Source of the DNA: a virus
Taxonomy: Duplodnaviria; Caudoviricetes
IMG/VR virus record: IMGVR_UViG_3300027506_000001
Location: 1-41,668 of that record
Strand: one strand, 5' to 3'
DNA length: 41,668 nt
Made by a program: the position numbers and the translations under genes. The notes beneath the pieces were generated by a model, which saw only the letters and a list, made by a program, of their open reading frames with translations, searched no databases and was not told the DNA's origin. Positions within the stretch are counted from its first letter, which is position 1, and the number at the start of each line of letters is the position of its first letter. Shown here one piece after another: positions 38,532-41,668 of this stretch.

Positions 38532-38957
38532 ATGAAATTAGATTTTAATATATCAGAATTTGTTATTAGAGGTGCTATTGTGCCATCTTATATTGCAGAT
38601 AAAATATTGCATTATCATATTTTACCTATGCAAAAAGTAAGAGATATTATTGATATACCAATTTTTGCATCTCAAAGAAGTGGATATAGACCTGTTTCAT
38701 GGGAATTATCAAGAGGTAGAAAAGGTAATAGTCAACATACTTTTAAAGGTAAAGGTGCAGTAGATTGGACTTGTAAAAACTTTGTAGAAAACCAATATGA
38801 ATTTTTAAAATTAATTATTGAATATACTGATTATAAAAGAATTGCAGTATATAAATCATTTATCCATTGTGATTACAAGGAAACAAAAAATGGTAAAAGG
38901 CAATTATACAAATCAGGTGCAGATTCCAAATGGGTATTGATAAAAAATATAAATTGA
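38532..38957 (+). CDS. Peptidase M15A-type endolysin
   Basis: SGYRP, SQHTFKGKGAVD and FIHCD zinc-ligand motifs. Confidence 0.85.
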   Translation: MKLDFNISEFVIRGAIVPSYIADKILHYHILPMQKVRDIIDIPIFASQRSGYRPVSWELSRGRKGNSQHTFKGKGAVDWTCKNFVENQYEFLKLIIEYTDYKRIAVYKSFIHCDYKETKNGKRQLYKSGADSKWVLIKNIN

Positions 38958-39304
38958 GAGAATATAAATTAACTTATAAAGGTAAACTAATATCAACTAA
39001 TTCAGCTAAGAGTTTACATTGGAGAGCATTAAGATCAAAAGTATTAAAATTAGAAGTTGAATTTCTATCCATAATTTTAAAATCTAATCTACCAAAATTT
39101 AATAAATTTGAAGTTGATGTACAATATTGGAATAGGTTTGATTGTGATAATGTTGTTTTTTCTGTAAAAGTAATGATAGATCAACTTAATAGGCAAGGTA
39201 AATTTATAGATGATGATAAAAGATACTGGAAGAAATTAACTATAACTGCAAATGAAGAACTAGAAAATAATACTATTATTTTTAAGATTATAGAAATTAA
39301 ATAA
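38930..39304 (+). CDS. RusA-like Holliday junction resolvase
   Basis: STN, RFDCDN.....K...D and IDDD motifs. Confidence 0.7.
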   Translation: MGIDKKYKLREYKLTYKGKLISTNSAKSLHWRALRSKVLKLEVEFLSIILKSNLPKFNKFEVDVQYWNRFDCDNVVFSVKVMIDQLNRQGKFIDDDKRYWKKLTITANEELENNTIIFKIIEIK

Positions 39305-39324
39305 TACTTCTTTTAATTTTGATT

Positions 39325-39364
39325 AACCCAAAAAGCTATTTTAGTTTTTAGGGTTTTTGTTTTT
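39325..39364 (+). terminator. Terminator insulating the cassette array
   Basis: aacccaaaaagcta...tagtttttagggtt followed by a T-rich run. Confidence 0.55.
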
Positions 39365-39384
39365 AATAAATAGTTGTATATTTG
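39356..39384 (+). promoter_or_regulatory. Promoter at the head of the cassette array (Pc-like position)
   Basis: TTTG (39356) and TATATTTG (39377-39384), 17 nt upstream of the first attC-like site. Confidence 0.55.
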
Positions 39385-39401
39385 TAGGTGTATAAAGTTA
39401 T

Positions 39402-39457
39402 TTATAACGGACGTGGCTATGCGCTTGTACTTGTATGGCGTATAGGTGTTGTTGTGC
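39402..39457 (+). mobile_element. attC-like site A
   Basis: TTATAAC, ctatgcgc/gcgtatag stem, GTTGTGC. Confidence 0.7.
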
Positions 39458-39534
39458 TTATGTTCTTTTGCGGTTATGTAAAAATATATTTACTTTTATT
39501 TGGTAGATTGTAAATTTATGTTTACATTTGAATC

Positions 39535-39747
39535 ATGAAAGCAATTATAAAATATAAAAACGGTTGGATTTTAGAAATACCAACAATAGGAACTGCACCA
39601 ATGTTATTATTGGAATGGGTTTCAGAATTTAGAATGGGTAAAATGCCTATTGATAAAGTAATTAATACCGACAATTTTCACATTAGGTTTAATATTCCTA
39701 AAGCAGAAATTGAAAAGTGTGCTGAATACATAAACGCAAATTTATGA
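39535..39747 (+). CDS. Cassette 1 ORF a, hypothetical
   Basis: 70 aa, with its own TACATTTG element at 39523 just before the ATG. Confidence 0.65.
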   Translation: MKAIIKYKNGWILEIPTIGTAPMLLLEWVSEFRMGKMPIDKVINTDNFHIRFNIPKAEIEKCAEYINANL

Positions 39748-39923
39748 ATTGGCATAAAAGATACAAAGCAATGAAATTGGGGTTAGGATTGACTAACTCC
39801 GACATTGCTGATATAACAGGCAATAGTGCTGATTCTGTTAAATCAGTCACTCAACCAAATAAAGATATACCACGTTGGCTTAAACTTGCTATTGTTGTTT
39901 ATGAACGGATGCAAGCAAAATAA
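39744..39923 (+). CDS. Cassette 1 ORF b, HTH-like protein, 59 aa (not in ORF track)
   Basis: MNWHKRYKAMKLGLGLTNSDIADITGNSADSVKSVTQPNKDIPRWLKLAIVVYERMQAK, with an ATGA overlap to ORF a. Confidence 0.7.
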   Translation: MNWHKRYKAMKLGLGLTNSDIADITGNSADSVKSVTQPNKDIPRWLKLAIVVYERMQAK

Positions 39924-39927
39924 TTAA

Positions 39928-40058
39928 GCACAACTTTAAAGGCTATGCGTAGTTGCGTAGATAATAACTAAATAATACAGAAATGAAAATTAATACAGGA
40001 CAAACTATTAGACGATTAAAAGCAGAAAATAAGCAATTACGTATAGGTATTGTTAGCC
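39928..40058 (+). mobile_element. attC-like site B (long loop containing a translation start)
   Basis: GCACAAC, ctatgcgtagttgc (39943) / gcaattacgtatag (40033) stem, GTTAGCC. Confidence 0.72.
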
Positions 40059-40162
40059 AACAACGTGAACTGTTACAATGCTTTTGCAAATTAGCCAACA
40101 TAACACACGATACAGTTGATAAAGATATTGAAGATACGATATACAGATTTAACGCATTGTAA
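39983..40162 (+). CDS. 59-aa ORF spanning the site B crossover point (not in ORF track)
   Basis: MKINTGQTIRRLKAENKQLRIGI|VSQQRELLQCFCKLANITHDTVDKDIEDTIYRFNAL. The GTT core at 40052 is the Val codon. Confidence 0.65.
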   Translation: MKINTGQTIRRLKAENKQLRIGIVSQQRELLQCFCKLANITHDTVDKDIEDTIYRFNAL

Positions 40163-40166
40163 TTGT

Positions 40167-40205
40167 GGCTGACGATAGGAAGCTGACGTATAGGTGTTGT
40201 TAGGC
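40167..40205 (+). mobile_element. Truncated attC-like site C
   Basis: GGCTGAC...cgtataggtgttGTTAGGC. The right arm is identical to site A and the left stem arm is missing. Confidence 0.55.
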
Positions 40206-40241
40206 TTAGTACGATTTAATAATAACTAAAATAATTTAAAG

Positions 40242-40487
40242 ATGAAAATGTATAAAACAGGTGGTTGGAGAGAACTAATTGAAGTAGTAGAACCAACAAA
40301 AGTAACAGAAAAAAGTGTGTGGTTAGCAAACGGAAGAAGTGCTAAAAGAAGTAATTACGGAAATTACTGGGATACATTAGAAGAAGCAAAAGAACACCTT
40401 ACGGAAAAGTATAATAGAATGATAGAATCTTCTGAACGTAAAATAGAAAAGGCAAAAGCTGATTTAGAAGCACTAAGTAAGTATTAA
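40242..40487 (+). CDS. Cassette 3 hypothetical protein
   Basis: 81 aa. The stop codon abuts the site D left core. Confidence 0.75.
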   Translation: MKMYKTGGWRELIEVVEPTKVTEKSVWLANGRSAKRSNYGNYWDTLEEAKEHLTEKYNRMIESSERKIEKAKADLEALSKY

Positions 40488-40553
40488 GCCTAATGGTTTT
40501 GTATGCGCAGTAGATGCGCATAGTATCTATTGCCGTCATACACTTTGTTCGAC
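40488..40553 (+). mobile_element. attC-like site D
   Basis: GCCTAAT, tgtatg/cataca and gcagtagatgc/gtatctattgc stems, GTTCGAC. Confidence 0.7.
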
Positions 40554-40591
40554 ACAGGCTTTTTATTTTTTAATCTTTTAATCTTCCAATC

Positions 40592-40870
40592 ATGGACATA
40601 GATAAACTTATTAATGAAGAAAAGAAAAGGCACAATTCAAATATGTCTTTCCTTAAAAGACAAAAAACAATTTTTGAAAAAAGTAAATTAAGAACAGATA
40701 AAGAACGTGCTGTTTTGATGTACAAAAGACTATTTAAAGAAAACAATAAATTGTTTCAAGAACTTTTATTCAAAGCAAAAAATAATATTGTTTCACCACA
40801 TGATTATATTCATTCTAATATGATTCTTGAATCGGAAAGGCAATTGAAAGAAGAATGTAAAATTCTTTAA
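40592..40870 (+). CDS. Cassette 4 hypothetical protein
   Basis: 92-aa ORF inside the inverted ends gttcgacacaggc/gcttgtgtcgaac. Confidence 0.7.
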   Translation: MDIDKLINEEKKRHNSNMSFLKRQKTIFEKSKLRTDKERAVLMYKRLFKENNKLFQELLFKAKNNIVSPHDYIHSNMILESERQLKEECKIL

Positions 40871-40913
40871 TTTTTTTATCGGCACAATGTTTTGATTTTT
40901 TTTCATTGCTTGT

Positions 40914-40970
40914 GTCGAACGCAAAGCTAGACGTAGTAACTTAGTTATTAACGTCTAGCGTTTGTTATTT
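40914..40970 (+). mobile_element. attC-like site E
   Basis: GTCGAAC, gctagacgt/acgtctagc stem, GTTATTT. Confidence 0.72.
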
Positions 40971-40987
40971 AAAAACAAAACTTAAAT

Positions 40988-41200
40988 ATGGAACGAGAAA
41001 AAATAGATTTTACAGACAAAGAACTTTATTATGTAGCACTTGCCTTTGAGAGCCACTTAAATAGTAGAGATACTTGGATAAGTAAAGAAGGTGCAAAAGT
41101 GATAAATAACGCTATTAAAAAGATAACCGAAAATGGATTAAAAAGGAAGAACCCTAAATCTATTTTACACCCAATATACCAATTTGAAAGCGAAGATTAG
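40988..41200 (+). CDS. Cassette 5 hypothetical protein
   Basis: 70-aa ORF between sites E and F. Confidence 0.7.
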   Translation: MEREKIDFTDKELYYVALAFESHLNSRDTWISKEGAKVINNAIKKITENGLKRKNPKSILHPIYQFESED

Positions 41201-41206
41201 TATTAC

Positions 41207-41263
41207 TTATAACATCAAGCTAGACGTAGTAATTTAGTTATTAACGTCTAGCATTTGTTATTT
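41207..41263 (+). mobile_element. attC-like site F
   Basis: TTATAAC, gctagacgt/acgtctagc stem, GTTATTT. Confidence 0.72.
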
Positions 41264-41281
41264 AAAAACAAAACTTTTAAT

Positions 41282-41623
41282 ATGGATAAACAATATCAAA
41301 ACTTGTTAAAAGACATTATCGAAAACGGAGAAAAAAAATTTAAAATAGAAAGAACAGGTATTTATGATTTGATTTTTCGTGCAAAATGTACAAAAGAGGA
41401 TTTACATGAATGCTTAAAATATATTGATGCAAATGATAATTATAGAACACCACTTGAGTTGAATGTAGATGGTGTATTATTTAAGTTGGGTAAAAATGGA
41501 TTATCAGGGAGAGTTTTTCTTTATAGAAAGGAGGAAAATGAATGGAATATGAAACAATCTAATAGAAGTTTTTTTCCTCAAGAGTTTATCGAAATTAGAA
41601 TCAGAATTGTAAAGTATCTTTAA
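41282..41623 (+). CDS. Chimeric ORF: ThyA-like N-terminal 19 aa fused to an unrelated sequence
   Basis: MDKQYQNLLKDIIENGEKK versus Thy[20 protein letters not shown]. The ATG at 41282 is preferred. Confidence 0.7.
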   Translation: MDKQYQNLLKDIIENGEKKFKIERTGIYDLIFRAKCTKEDLHECLKYIDANDNYRTPLELNVDGVLFKLGKNGLSGRVFLYRKEENEWNMKQSNRSFFPQEFIEIRIRIVKYL

Positions 41624-41668
41624 GAATTAAAAATACTTTACATCTTAATTTGAAAAAACAACACCAAG
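41570..41668. repeat. Terminal direct repeat, identical to 1-99
   Basis: Direct sequence identity. Confidence 0.95.

Noticed and set aside
40914-41263. CRISPR or simple terminator interpretation of the gctagacg hairpins
   Set aside because: The intervening segments are whole genes, and the hairpins are framed by AAC/GTT cores like the other array sites.
41282-41623. Intron- or intein-split thyA across the circular join
   Set aside because: thyA at 161-946 is complete with its own N-terminus. The upstream ORF shares only a diverged N-terminal stretch and has no homing-endonuclease motifs.

Overview
This window looks like one complete, circularly assembled dsDNA tailed-phage genome of about 41,569 bp (positions 1-99 equal 41570-41668). 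It is very AT-rich. The host is inferred to be a Bacteroidota (likely Flavobacteriia) bacterium from TAnnTTTG promoters, A-rich leaders without Shine-Dalgarno sites, a DUF3127-like SSB and Gln+1 signal peptides. Modules: thyA, nuclease and recombination genes (161-3191); terminase (3919-5660); a divergent small-gene region with a repeat array and low-complexity tracts (about 6.2-11.5 kb); a siphovirus structural module (12145-32005) whose capsid and tail tube resemble, from memory, Bacteroides phage B40-8/B124-14 proteins; dUTPase, replication initiator and primase-helicase; two cell-wall hydrolases; and a RusA-like resolvase. The standout feature is an integron-like gene-cassette array at 39.4-41.67 kb that wraps round to thyA. 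It has seven attC-like hairpin sites, four cassettes whose two ends are reverse complements, and a promoter at its head, but I recognise no integrase anywhere in the genome. One ORF starts inside an attC-like loop and reads across the predicted crossover point, so cassette shuffling would create chimeric proteins. All product calls come from motif recognition by eye; no searches were run.
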